Source of the DNA: Rhynchobatus australiae
Lineage: Eukaryota
NCBI GenBank assembly: GCA_034780895.1
Contig: JAUZTB010000072.1
Location: forward strand, 19,713,240 to 19,776,260
Length of the DNA: 63,021 bases
Direction: 5' to 3'
In this document: positions 49,165 to 61,415 of the stretch, piece by piece
Position numbering within the stretch: position 1 is the first letter of the stretch
Layout of the letters: each line of letters begins with the position of its first letter
Notes under the pieces: model-generated
The model's database searches: none
What the model saw: the letters and a program-made list of their open reading frames with translations, nothing else
What the model was told of the DNA's origin: nothing
Program-made: the position numbers and the translations under genes

Positions 49165-52100
49165 CATTGCTTCCTGACTGTTTTCTTTATGTTTATATCA
49201 GAGACATTTACAAAGATCACTAGAGATTTGGGAAGATTAGCAACACTCTCATCGCAACAAGGCTCTAGAAACTTTTTTTCTCTCGACCACATCGGCACTT
49301 TTATGGAACTTTTTTTAAAGAAAATGAAACAAGGCGCCATAGAACTTGCAATTTATTGTTTTAAGAACTTGAAAACTAACTTGTAGAATGAAATAACCTC
49401 TTTACCAGCCTGGTGCGTAGTACTGTAAACTTGTGTCAAGGTTTGCAACACAAAAAAAGGGGCTTTTTTGTCAGGATTAAGCAAATGTATGTAGAGATAT
49501 CAAAGAGTGAAGAAAAGCAGGTCAGTGCACTGAGGGGAGTGTTAGACTGAAAGGAAAGGTGATGCACAGCTTATGTGGACCCTGAGCCAGGGAGTCACAG
49601 GTTTTGCATGTTGTTCTCGTGGGTGTGATCATGGCCGCACTGCGGTGATAGGGACTGGTCCAATACTAGGCGTGGGACTTTTTCTCTTCTAACTTCTTCC
49701 TTGATTTCATCAAATCCTGCTGTTGGTCTGTACTAGAATAGAACATACTCTATGGGTAGGAGAAAGGAGTAAGAAGTGGAGAAGAGCCCTGCCTCCAGAT
49801 GTTTGACGCAGGAGATGTGCAATTTGCCAAATTATGGAAGTGGCCAGTGGCTGCCTTTTATTTGTTCATTCAGTTAATTGGGTCAAAGTGCCTAAAGTCT
49901 GGTATATTTCCCTTATCTGTTCTCTCCTTTTCTGACTAGAACCCTCCAGACCAGAAGTACTGTGGTCTTAAAAATTTTTTAAGGACCAGTGATAGCTTCT
50001 TGGGGCCAAACGTAGAGAGCAGCTTGAGCTATGATTTGTTTTCTATACATTAGTCCAACTTTGTGGATATTTGGTGTGTTTGTGTGTATGCGTGCTTAAA
50101 ACCAATCAATGTTTTGGTCATCCTTCAGCCCACACTTGGTTGTAAACTGTGAAGGAAATCAGAGGTTTAACAACTTCTGAAGTCCCAGAGCCTTGCTATT
50201 TTGGAGATACTCATCACTGTAAGATCAGGTAGCAAGCTGGACTAAATCAAGGTGCTTTAAAAATATCCCAGACAGCTGGAAATCATTTAGTAAATCTGCT
50301 ATTAACTTTACACCAGAGTCAGCCTAATGGGTTATGCAGTACAACGAAAGATGATTTATTACTAACAAGAGCAGAAGTTTAAAGTCTAGGTATTCTCTTC
50401 GCTAATCTGGAGGGGCAAAGATGAATAGTCAAGTCTGTGCTCCTGGGATGATAGTCACTGCTCAAAAGAGCTCCTGTCAGAGTACTTTGCCTACTTGTGC
50501 ATCCTCTGGCATCAGAACGACATTCATATGTGAGCCCAGAGAGTGAGATTTGGCAGGCTGTTTGCCTGTAAGGGACTTCACAGCTAAGACCATTCCCTAT
50601 GTTACCCGATGCAACACATGCACACTTTTTATAACTGGGCTCACTGGTTCATGATTGAGAGCAGAAAAGCCAGCTAGTTTTTCCCTTGATCCCAATCTAA
50701 CGAGGAAAGACCATTGTGTAACAGAGTCCATGCATTCTTAAGTTTAGTGTTTCAAAATCTGCAGCCTACATGAATGCTGCAGATCCCAGAGCAGGACCAG
50801 GATTGAATGCCTCAGAGAGACACTGAGTTATACAGTCAGAGAGCATTTTATCTCCTTGCCTCTAGACTCCATGGAGACTAGGTCACTCCCAATCTGATTA
50901 ATTATGTGCAATGTACAATAAGTGGATTTATAACATCTTCATCTCAATCAATGTATTATGCATTGATGGAGTTTGGTGGAGTAACCTACACTACACAAAC
51001 AGCATGCAGCATATAGAGCCAGCCAAGTATTCATAACCCCCTCAGGTGCTACATTGATATGTGTGGGTGATTTAAATAAGTTTAAAAAAATAATGAAGTG
51101 ATGGAGTGACTGTGTGTATAAATTATTATTGTAGATTTTTTTAAAAATGTGCTATCAAATCTTAGAGAGTTGCTGGAAATGAGATTTAAGGTGTTTTTTG
51201 GGTCACCTCAAGATAGACACCCAAAGCAAGAGGCCCTGGCTTGGCTGCAAATGCACCCTTCCACCATTTTATTTATGCCGTTTATTCCCCTCCTCTCTTC
51301 CCTTCTCCTCGTCTCTTGAAGGGCATTACTGGCTACAGTTCAAGCCCCAGGTGCTGTCTGTGTACCGGCCAATATACAACTCTCAACGAACACCTCTGTA
51401 AACAATCTATCTTAAATTGGCTGCTGTGTTTCTCACATTATGACGGTGGTAAAAATTAGTTCATTGGCTGTAAAGCATCTTGGGACATCCTGAGGGTGCT
51501 TCATCCAAGCACTTATTTTTCGGAAAAGGGACAAGGAGTTATCTCTGCCCAAGCCAGCATCTTGATGGTGTCGGCATGAGGAGCCCAGGCCTTTCTGGCT
51601 CCAAGCAAAGAGACTGATAACATAAGTTCCTGTTTCTCCATGCTGGCCAATTATCAATGTTATGTTGATTCAAAAATCAACCATGAGGGACATATCCTTT
51701 CACCAACAGCCAGCAATTGGCCTGGTCTTCCTAAGGCCAAGGGTCAGTGAGAGAAAGGATTCAATTTTCCCAAGTGTGAGTAAGTAGTACTAAGAGATTT
51801 AAGCTGGCTCTACTTTCCTACAAACAGATAAGGCCTCCCAAGGCTAACAGTATTGAAGGTGGCACAGCCTTATTTTCCAGATTGTATGCCAGTTGGGGAA
51901 GTTGAAGAAAAGCAATGTCTTCTATTGGACCATCTATTTTGCTGTGTTGTAAAGGGGCAGGAAACTTGGATTAGGTTTGTACTGAGATACAGACAGAAAC
52001 CCAACCAACCCTCCGTAAACTCATGCGGGTATAGGGCCCTTTGCTGTGGTCAAGTAAAAAAAAATTGCTAAGTACTCTATGGACCTGATCTGCATTGAGA

Positions 52101-53844
52101 ACACCATGCAGTTTTATTCTTTTTAACTTTGTTTTAAATTACTGTGAAGTTGGCTTCCAGAACTACCTGAGCCATCTAATAAAATGATGCTTGGGAAGTA
52201 TAAAACATATCAGTATTTCAAGTATGGGGCAATTTCTTTGCCTGTACACAGGCATGCTGTCTGTTGATAACTCATTGGCAAACATTATTATTGACAGTTC
52301 AATGCCTGAAGTTTTTAATGCAAGACCCTTCCCCGCATGTATTTCAAACTAATGAACAAATAAAATTGAAAAACAACAAATTGCTTCCTCCTTCCACTTG
52401 ACTCCCTCCATCTCCTCCCCCCCCCCCCCACCTTCAAGGANNNNNNNNNNNNNNNNNNNNNNNNNNNNNNNNNNNNNNNNNNNNNNNNNNNNNNNNNNNN
52501 NNNNNNNNNNNNNNNNNNNNNNNNNNNNNNNNNNNNNNNNNNNNNNNNNNNNNNNNNNNNNNNNNNNNNNNNNNNNNNNNNNNNNNNNNNNNNNNNNNNN
52601 NNNNNNNNNNNNNNNNNNNNNNNNNNNNNNNNNNNNNNNNNNNNNNNNNNNNNNNNNNNNNNNNNNNNNNNNNNNNNNNNNNNNNNNNNNNNNNNNNNNN
52701 NNNNNNNNNNNNNNNNNNNNNNNNNTACCTGACCACAGTATAAAGACAAGGAAAATGGAGGGGGTTGGGTTTGCTGGGGTGGTGAGCAGTGTGGGGGCAG
52801 GAAGTTCCACATAAGCTGGGTATTAACCTTTTCCAAAAACTCCCAAAACCTTTCTTCCTCAACAGTCACTGTCACCTAGCTAGTGTCCTGTCACGTCCAG
52901 CACTTTATTTTGCCTTACTTTTTAACTTTTTTTTTAGTCTGAACTTTTTTTTAATATATATATAATATATAAATAGTTTATTTAAAGCTTTGATTATTTA
53001 TTTTAATTTCTCTTGTTCTTTCTTTGTTTCAAAAAGCATTTAAGCTTTTTTAGCCTTTCAAAAATAGGACGATTTTTTTGTGGGGTCACATTCATTGCCT
53101 TGACATCATACAAGACAGTAAGGTCTAGTATGATGTATTCTGCTGGCCAGTAATGTCCATATTCTTGGCTACTGTCAGTAACCTGGGTGGACTCTGTATA
53201 TATAGGAGAACATGATAGGGAAATGAATGCAAACAATGAAAAAAACGTGGGATGCCAACAATGAATTATTTTACTGTGAGTGGTTATGAGATTGGTGATG
53301 GCAGAATGGGAATTTGTATAGTTTTATCTGAATGAGCTAGCAATGTGGATATACTGTTTGTAAATAATGTATATATACTTAAAATGATGGAAAAAAACAA
53401 CNNNNNNNNNNNNNNNNNNNNNNNNNNNNNNNNNNNNNNNNNNNNNNNNNNNNNNNNNNNNNNNNNNNNNNNNNNNNNNNNNNNNNNNNNNNNNNNNNNN
53501 NNNNNNNNNNNNNNNNNNNNNNNNNNNNNNNNNNNNNNNNNNNNNNNNNNNNNNNNNNNNNNNNNNNNNNNNNNNNNNNNNNNNNNNNNNNNNNNNNNNN
53601 NNNNNNNNNNNNNNNNNNNNNNNNNNNNNNNNNNNNNNNNNNNNNNNNNNNNNNNNNNNNNNNNNNNNNNNNNNNNNNNNNNNNNNNNNNNNNNNNNNNN
53701 NNNNNNNNNNNNNNNNNNNNNATCTTTGCTGAGCAGGTTACTGTAAGGATATAATATATATATAGCATTATACCATAAATCACTCTTTGAAAAGAAAGAT
53801 TAACAGGCATTTTTATGTTAAATACTGTGTGATAAATACAGTGG

Positions 53845-53950
53845 AAAATGATACACATACAGACATATACACATATATACACACAAACATACACAAACAC
53901 ACATATACACATACATACATGCACGCACACACATACCCACACAAAACACA
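53845..53950. repeat. degenerate (CA/TA)n low-complexity tract in the 3'UTR
   Basis: The tract begins atacacatacagacatatacacatatatacacacaaacatacac. Confidence 0.85.
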
Positions 53951-54437
53951 ATAAATTTTGAAAAATATATTAGAAAAAGCAAACTTGACAGTAATGGAGA
54001 GAATGTCCACTTCATCTGTTCATCTGAGATTAGAAAAACAGGTCACAACATTGCACAAAAAAAAATTAAAAAAAGAAAATTCTAGAAAATGNNNNNNNNN
54101 NTGCAACAGCCCAGAGACGTAAGCTACGACAGACACTCCTGGGGTTGCTCACAATTGCATGTGATACTAGTGTAGATTCTCCTTTTTTTTTGTCTCTCTT
54201 TTCTTGTCCCTTCTCTTTTTCTCTTTCTCCCTCTTCACTCTTTTGTTTATAACCTTTTTGATTTACCTTTTGTTTCAGTTTTTCCTATTTTTGTATGTCT
54301 GCATGTGAGAGTGTCACTGGGTCGTTTAGAATCTTTACAAGGGATAGCCCAGCTGCCAGAGTCATGCAAACATTTTAAATTCCCCTTCAAAATTATGTAA
54401 GATGTTTTTGAATGCTTTATAATCCTTTCTGCTGTAA

Positions 54438-54443
54438 ATTAAA
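54438..54443 (+). terminator. candidate distal polyadenylation signal (ATTAAA)
   Basis: It is preceded by TGTA and followed ~25-40 nt later by tgttagtttgttaaatttatttct. An alternative AATAAA lies at 53950-53955, with others near 52178 and 52359. Confidence 0.4.
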
Positions 54444-57400
54444 AAAAACAAAGAAAAATCTCCTCATGTTAGTTTGTTAAATTTATTTCTGAATATATAT
54501 TGTTTGATACTCACTAACTTTCTCATTCTCTGGACAACTTTTTGACTCTTGGCACAAAGGTGCCCTCCAATGGGTTGGTTATCAAATTATTTCTGTCAGG
54601 TTTCTTTCCTGTTTCTTTTTATTATTGTTCTGGGCCTCTCTTTTTCTTCCCTGGATATCACTTTCCTGCCAATAGTCTTCCCTTCCATTTCCTGATCTTA
54701 TCTTACTGTTAGCTTCCCCAGTTTTCCTCTTTCCTGAAATTTCCCCTTGCTGGCGCTCATCCTCCCCTTCCCCTTTTCTTGTTGCATGCAGCTTCATGAT
54801 ATCCTCTCACACCTCGCATGAATCCAGAGGTCCACCTCTGGTTGATGGTCCCTGGAGGTTTAATCCATCTCTCCTCGTCAAAAAGCCTTTATCCTAGCTC
54901 CAATATTTTTAAAACTAATAAGCAAAATTTACATCAAGGAAAATGAAAAGGATATCCATTTTTATTTATTGTCTACCTGAATTATTCAGAACAATGCCCA
55001 CAGATTTATCTTTAATTTATGGAGGCTCACGGGCAATCCTGAAAGGTTAGTAACCCTGCTTTCTTCTGTCGACCCAGATAGAGAAAGTCAACAGTCTGTT
55101 AATCCATGAAGGGTTGTACAGCTGACTCGTGCTTTCTCTGGCACATGTCCTTTTCTCATGATCAGGTCGAGATTTTCTCCCCCTACATCCTACCACGGAC
55201 TAGTCTTATTTTCACACCTTGAGTTTGTATGGCTGTAGGTGTCCCTCTAAAGTATCTCTCAGTTTTTGTCTCCAGTGTTGTCCATCCATGGTCATGTGTT
55301 TTTATGTGGCCAGTGAGGTAGATACTCTTCTGGCTACACATAGGTGATCCTGCATTGGAGGGATATTTTTAAATGTCTAATTTTCACATTGTCTCTCTGT
55401 CATTGTCTCCATGGGTAATTGTCTAATTTCCATTTGTGCCTCCCTCCATCTGCAATGCAGGCAACTCAGTATCATGGGATTAGTGTACATCCTACTTGTC
55501 CAGCCAAGCCCTTACACACCTCTGTGAGACTGCCTCACCTTACACTTGCATTATGTACTCTGAAGAGTAACTACTGACGAGATGTCACCCCAGCAGCAGC
55601 TGTGTGTGCTTCCTTCTTCAAGGTATTTCAAGCATATTGTTGTTCTTGTTGTTAGCTTGGGCTCCTGCCCCTGACAATTTCAAAAGCAGAACAGGCTGAT
55701 TCCTAGGAAGGTGACCAAGAAAATGGTTATAAGCACAAGAGGATGGACAAAACACTTTAAATGAAGGCAGAAATCACTAAAAGCAAAATATGGTAGACCC
55801 CTTCTTGCTACGTCTTTGAAAAGGACTAAACCTGGAACATTGAGGGCAAATGTGGGCACTGGGATCAGCCCAACAAGAAGAAAGGATTGCTTCAGCAGTT
55901 GACAAAATAAAGCAGTGATCAAGAAGGACAGATTGTGATGGAGGTACAATGCTGGATCTTACTAGCCACTCCAGTGCTGTCGAAAGGAGCCAAGATAAAT
56001 CAGAGAGATTTCACTTTTTGATTCTTCTTCTTCAAAATCATGATGGCTTATTTATGGCAACATAGTTGAATCAAGGCTGGTCACCCTCCTGCCATTTTGG
56101 CTGTATCTGGCATGAGCAGGAGGAAATATCAGAGCAGAGAAAATGTGCATACAGCAGGATGAAATATTGGAGGCTAACTCAGCATATTATTCATCAGCCA
56201 TTGGATATTCAATTCAACAGCAGATGGCAGTTGCACTGAATCAGCCTTCTGAACCAGCTATCTTCCCATCATCTACAGAACAGCTCACTGGAATTTGTAA
56301 ATTAACATAAAGAATCATGGAGACACTAAATATTTACCTTGCCACAGCACTATAATAATTTCACCAACAAGAAGTTTCCACAGAGTGAGCAAACATTGAA
56401 GAGAGACCAGTGCATCCATTTCATTCTTGTTCACTTCATCAGGGGCTTCTAGGCACTGCGTCCAGATAGAAGAGATGGATTTCCGAAGCACTCATTGGTA
56501 TGGCTGAAGCTGGTTGAGGGATGACAAGCTGTGTGGAAAGCCCAGATGTAAAATGGAAATGTAATTTTGAGCCATGTGACAGATAAAAGTTTATCCACGG
56601 TTCTGTTGTGTTGTTTCCTTCTTATCTAATTCTTGAGTTACATTGTGGTTAGTTTCATACAGGAACCAGTAATGTTGTTGGGACTCCTTTGTTAATATTC
56701 TGCTAATCTTACAGCTACTCTGACACACAATGTGTATAAAGTGTCAGGATGTGTTGAGAACCTATTTGTGAGAGAGTACCATGTCTGTGAAACGTGTTGC
56801 CAGCTGATATAGAGAGTATTGGCCTTCAAACCAGGCCTGCTCTGGAAGATATGGCATGACAAAGAATGTTTCTCATGATACCAGCTAGTCTCCTGAACTG
56901 GATTTCAATTGTCCAAAGGAGCTTGAGGAAATTTTTAGAGCCATTGTTTTCCAAGTTTCTTTTTGTTTCTTTTTGCCTCCAACGGGAGATTAAGTGCCTC
57001 GGGAAAAGAGCGAGAGGGTAAGTGTGTTATATTGAATAATTTACTCACATGATGAGCAGGATTATTTCCTCTCATGGGGGACCCTTGATCATGTGTTGAA
57101 GTTAAAGCTAGTTTGTTCAGGAAGCAAATTAAGTATTCTGTTATATGTGCTCACAAATCCCTTTATCATTTCCCTCACAATGATGTTGTGTGCAGGTAAC
57201 ACAACAGTGGACTTCAATATGCAATATGTATTGCATGTCTCCCAAATGGTGCTGGTAGTGTGGCACTGGTAGAAGATGATGCCCATTGCATCAGTTGGGG
57301 GTAGCCATGTCTGGACTTCAGTGGCACTGCTGTCAGGAGCCATGTCATTAGCACTGGACCCCCAGTGACCACTGACCCAGAAAGTCTGGAAGAAATCAGG

Positions 57401-57714
57401 AAACCCCTCTCCCTTCCAATCAATTACAGGTCTGATGACAAATGAACATCACAGTAGCTGTGAACTATATAGATAAACTGAGCTGCATTGTGTTGTAGCA
57501 TATCAGCACAAATTGTACACCCCTCAGTTGACTCTGGGATGAGTAGGAGCAAAATCTGCCCATCAGAAAGCCGGAGACATAGGGTGCACTACTGGATTTA
57601 CTCCATGCCCCATAGATTTGCACTGATGGGTGATCTGTAAAATTGAAGCTCCACCCACTCCCCATTGGTTAAATGCCATGCCTGGAGGATTCATTTAANN
57701 NNNNNNNNTTGTGC

Positions 57715-57965
57715 TATCTAACCGAATTCTCTTGCTCTTTCCCATAATTGTCTGTTTTCTTTCCGTTCAAGTATTTATCCAGTTCTCCTTTTGAAAGTTA
57801 CTGTTGAATCTGCTTCCACTATTGCAGCAGCACATTCAGATCACAACTTGCTCTGTAAAACAATGCCCTCACTACACTGGTTCTTTTGCAACTTACCTTA
57901 AATCTCTATCTTTTGGTTAATGACCCTCCTGCCACTTGGAACAGTTTCTGGTTATTCACTCCATC
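57715..57965 (-). mobile_element. CR1-type LINE 3' end fragment
   Basis: The sequence caagtatttatccagttctccttttgaaagttactgttgaatctgcttccac is the reverse complement of the motif at 8600-8650. Confidence 0.65.
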
Positions 57966-58659
57966 AGAATGAGAGGAAATCTCGGTTTCAGATGCATGAA
58001 GTGGATTTGCTCTGTTCAAAGCTAGTTAACGCCTTCCAAATAGAGCAAGTCTACCATCAGAATGGGCAATGGGATGAGATGTAAAGAGTACTATTGGCTC
58101 AGCCTGTCAGAACAAGAGTGAAAGACACCTTTGGAGGTGAGTTGGACATCATTAGATTCCTTTTGCAAAGGGGTTTAAAGTGTTCGATTGCTTTTGAAAT
58201 TGAGAGATTTTTTTTTACATGTTGCTCTTTGGAATTGTTGTGAGCAATTTGTTCACTACATTAATAAAGATAAGTCAATATTGGCATATCAGAGAATGAA
58301 AAATTAAAGAAATATGTCAGTAAAAATGATCAAACCTGAAGGTTTTATATAAAATTTGCTGATTTTGAAATCTCCACACCCTGAAATGAGGATCAGGTTA
58401 TAGACAAGAATGGCTCAATATTATAGTGGATTATGTAGCCAGGGAACCTGACATAAATTCCAGTTTGGGAATTGAAATTTGGTTGAAGATAAATTGGGAG
58501 ATAAAAACCATCAGTAAATGTAATCAGTTAGAAACTCAGCTGGTCAACAAGTGGCCTTTGGACACAAGTATGGTCTGGCCCTTTACATGATTCCAGTTCC
58601 ATATCACCATGATTGATCCAACTGACCCCTGAAGTGTCCCAGATGGACACTTACTTGGA

Positions 58660-58960
58660 TTAGCAGCTAGTGGAGCTGCTGCTTCACAGTGTCGGCGATC
58701 CAGTTCAATCCCAACTTCCAATATGAAGTTCGCATGTTCTCCCTGTGACCAGCTGGGTTTCCTCTCAGTGCTCCAGTTTCCTCCCACGTCCCAAAGATAT
58801 GCGGGTTAGTAATTAAATTGACCACTCTAAATTGCCTTTAGTGTGCGGGTAAGTGGTAGTATCTGGAGGAAATTGATGGAAATGTAGGGAGAATAGATTA
58901 TAGGAAAATTAGTGTGAGCCAGCAAGGGCTCAATAAGCTGAATGGCCTCCTATGTCATAA
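58660..58960 (+). mobile_element. HE1/V-SINE-like SINE
   Basis: It contains gctgctgcttcacagtgtcggcgatccagttcaatcc and gttctccctgtgacc..gtgctccagtttcctcccacgtcccaaaga. Confidence 0.75.
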
Positions 58961-61174
58961 GGAAAGAAAGAAATAATGTTTGGATAATAATCAGCAGTCT
59001 TGTCGCCTGCACCTCCCCAACTATCTCACCCCCACAACTACCAGTCTTCCTGTGGAGAGTTAATTTTTAAAATCTCGTTGATGCATGACAATTTACCAAT
59101 TGAAGCCAAATCTCAAACAAGTCCTGGTGTCTGTCCTGATGGCTAATGTTGCTCTGGTGTTGCAGAGTTTTGGAATGCAAAACACAGCTGACACTGGGAG
59201 GAACCAATTACAAATCTGGCAAATATTTTTCCACTCTAGTTTTCTTGCATTCCAAACTATCTCTAACAAGAAAAAGTGGTCAGAATCACTCCCAACCATT
59301 ATCCAGTGGGTATGTACAAAGAAATACTGTGAGCTATTGGTTCTCCAGTGCTGATCAGATGAGATAAAGTAAAGTGGGAGACTGTTTGTATGGAGCATAA
59401 GCACAATTGAATTAGGTATTGCGTTTCTGTACTGTAAATTCTACATAATTCTGCATAAAACTTAAAATTGTTGTTTCCTCACTCCAGTCCAAATTAATAA
59501 TTGACTGTGACAGTTTAAGTAGAGTGCATATTCTTTGGATTCTCACTGTCATCTTTTAAGATCGCACCTAAACGCAACCTATTTGGCCAAGCTTTTGGTC
59601 ATCTGGGCAAATGTCTCCTTGTGTGGTTCCATTTTATTTTTTTTATTCTGTGACACACCTTGGGAGGTTTTACGACATTAAGAACATTACATGAATGCAA
59701 AATGTTATTTGTTGAAGGAAGTGACCAAATCCAAAAGTAATAAGGTGTAAGAAAAGCCTAGAATATAAAGCACAGAAACTGGCCATTTGGCCCCAATGTG
59801 CTTATTCTAGTGATTATGTTCCTCACAAATATCCTCTCATTTAATTCCATGTCATTCTATTATCCCAGCAATTTGTTCTTTGTTCCCTTCTGCTTATCTA
59901 GTTTACATATAAAAGTATCAATGTTATTTGACTCCCAGTGGTCGGGAGTTCCACATTCTCACTACCACCCTGATTGGATTTATTAGCGCCTATTGCTAAT
60001 TACTCTGAGGGCATGAGTCAGGCATGTATGTGGGATTGAAGTTTTCTGTAAAGTGGACTAGGTATGCCTAAGGACAAGAGGGTAGCTCTTGTTATTCACC
60101 AGTTTTACAGCTTTTTCCAGTAAAAGCCGACAATTTTTATAATGTCCCATAGTAAAATTTTAAATTCATGGGTTATAAGATAGGAGCACAATCTTTGCTC
60201 CAGTGGCTGATATGGGAGGTTAGATTCTGGCCCTTCACCTCAGCCCAGGGGGATGATACAGGAGTCACCATAGGTCTTGCTATGACTAGTACTTCAACTT
60301 CAGTGTCAGTTGGCTGAGCTAATGTGGGAAATGGAAATGCCAAAGCATAAGTTTCTCCTCATCTACTTTAGTATAATTCCCATCTTCTGAAATGCTTGGG
60401 CTGGTGAGACCAAGGCTCCTTATTGGTGAAGCCTATTGAGGGAATTGGGGTACAGGTATCTGAAATGGAAATGCATCCCTGATTCCATGGGGAAGGCCAA
60501 AAATTCAATTTGTTTTCTTGGTTGCCTCATTCTAATTTTTTAAATTATTTTGTTGACAGTGCCTGTTCTTGGTGTATGAAGCCTGAATATCAGTGCTGTT
60601 ATTCCAACCATGGTGAATGGCAGCCAGCAGAGATTCATTTCCCATCAATTAACAGCAGCAATCCAACNNNNNNNNNNNNGGTATTGAAAAATAATAGTTT
60701 CAAATTTCCTGTCTCTTGGCATCCAGTAATTTCTGCCTTATCTGTTTTAATTATCATTGAAGCAACTATTTGTTCTAACCAGTTTTTCAATGTTTTAGCA
60801 CAGCGTTCCAGTTCCCACTTTGGTGAGTAAAGGGTGACTTCATTTTAAATATTTATTTGTTTACTTTAGTTTTGCCATTAGATTTTCTTAAACCCTGTAG
60901 TTTTCATTTGCAATACAAACTAGGAGTAAAAAAAGGTAGTTAGCAAGATGCCTGCCAATCTCCCAATTAATTGCATAATAAGGTGGAACTGGCTAACTGA
61001 AAATATTCTCAACTAACTTTGAACTTGTGGTAGCAGGGAATATAAATTTGTAGATTCTGCAAAAGCACAGTATAGCTGCCCATTGATTACAGAGTTTGTG
61101 GAGTGGGGGCTTTGATGATGATGGTTTCCTTGGTTAGGGTGTATGGAACCAGGAGTCATAGTCTCGCCAGCCAT

Positions 61175-61415
61175 TTGGAAAAAGAAGAGAAGAAATTTCT
61201 TCACCTTGAGCATAGTGACTCTTCTGAATTTTCTAGCCAAGAGGCCATGGAGGTTTAGTCACCGAGTATATTTAGTACATAGATTGGATATGAAGGGAGT
61301 TGAGAAGTTTTGCAGAAAAGTGATACTGAGGTAGAAGATCAACCACAATCTTATTGAATGGCAGAACAGGAGCAAGGGGTCAAATGGCTACCCCGCCTCC
61401 ATTTCTTATATTTTT
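61175..61415 (+). mobile_element. CR1-type LINE 3' end fragment
   Basis: It contains gagaagaaatttcttcacc, ttgaatggcagaacagg and aaggggtcaaatggctacccc, a typical CR1 3'UTR. A further fragment lies at ~62170-62440. Confidence 0.6.

Larger units (their letters stand above)
49165..54470 (+). other. CAMTA1: probable long CAMTA1 3'UTR
   Basis: It follows the stop codon and is TE-poor, with U/AU-rich blocks, miRNA seed matches and Pumilio-type motifs. The 3' end is inferred from ATTAAA at 54438 followed by U/GU-rich sequence. Confidence 0.6.
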
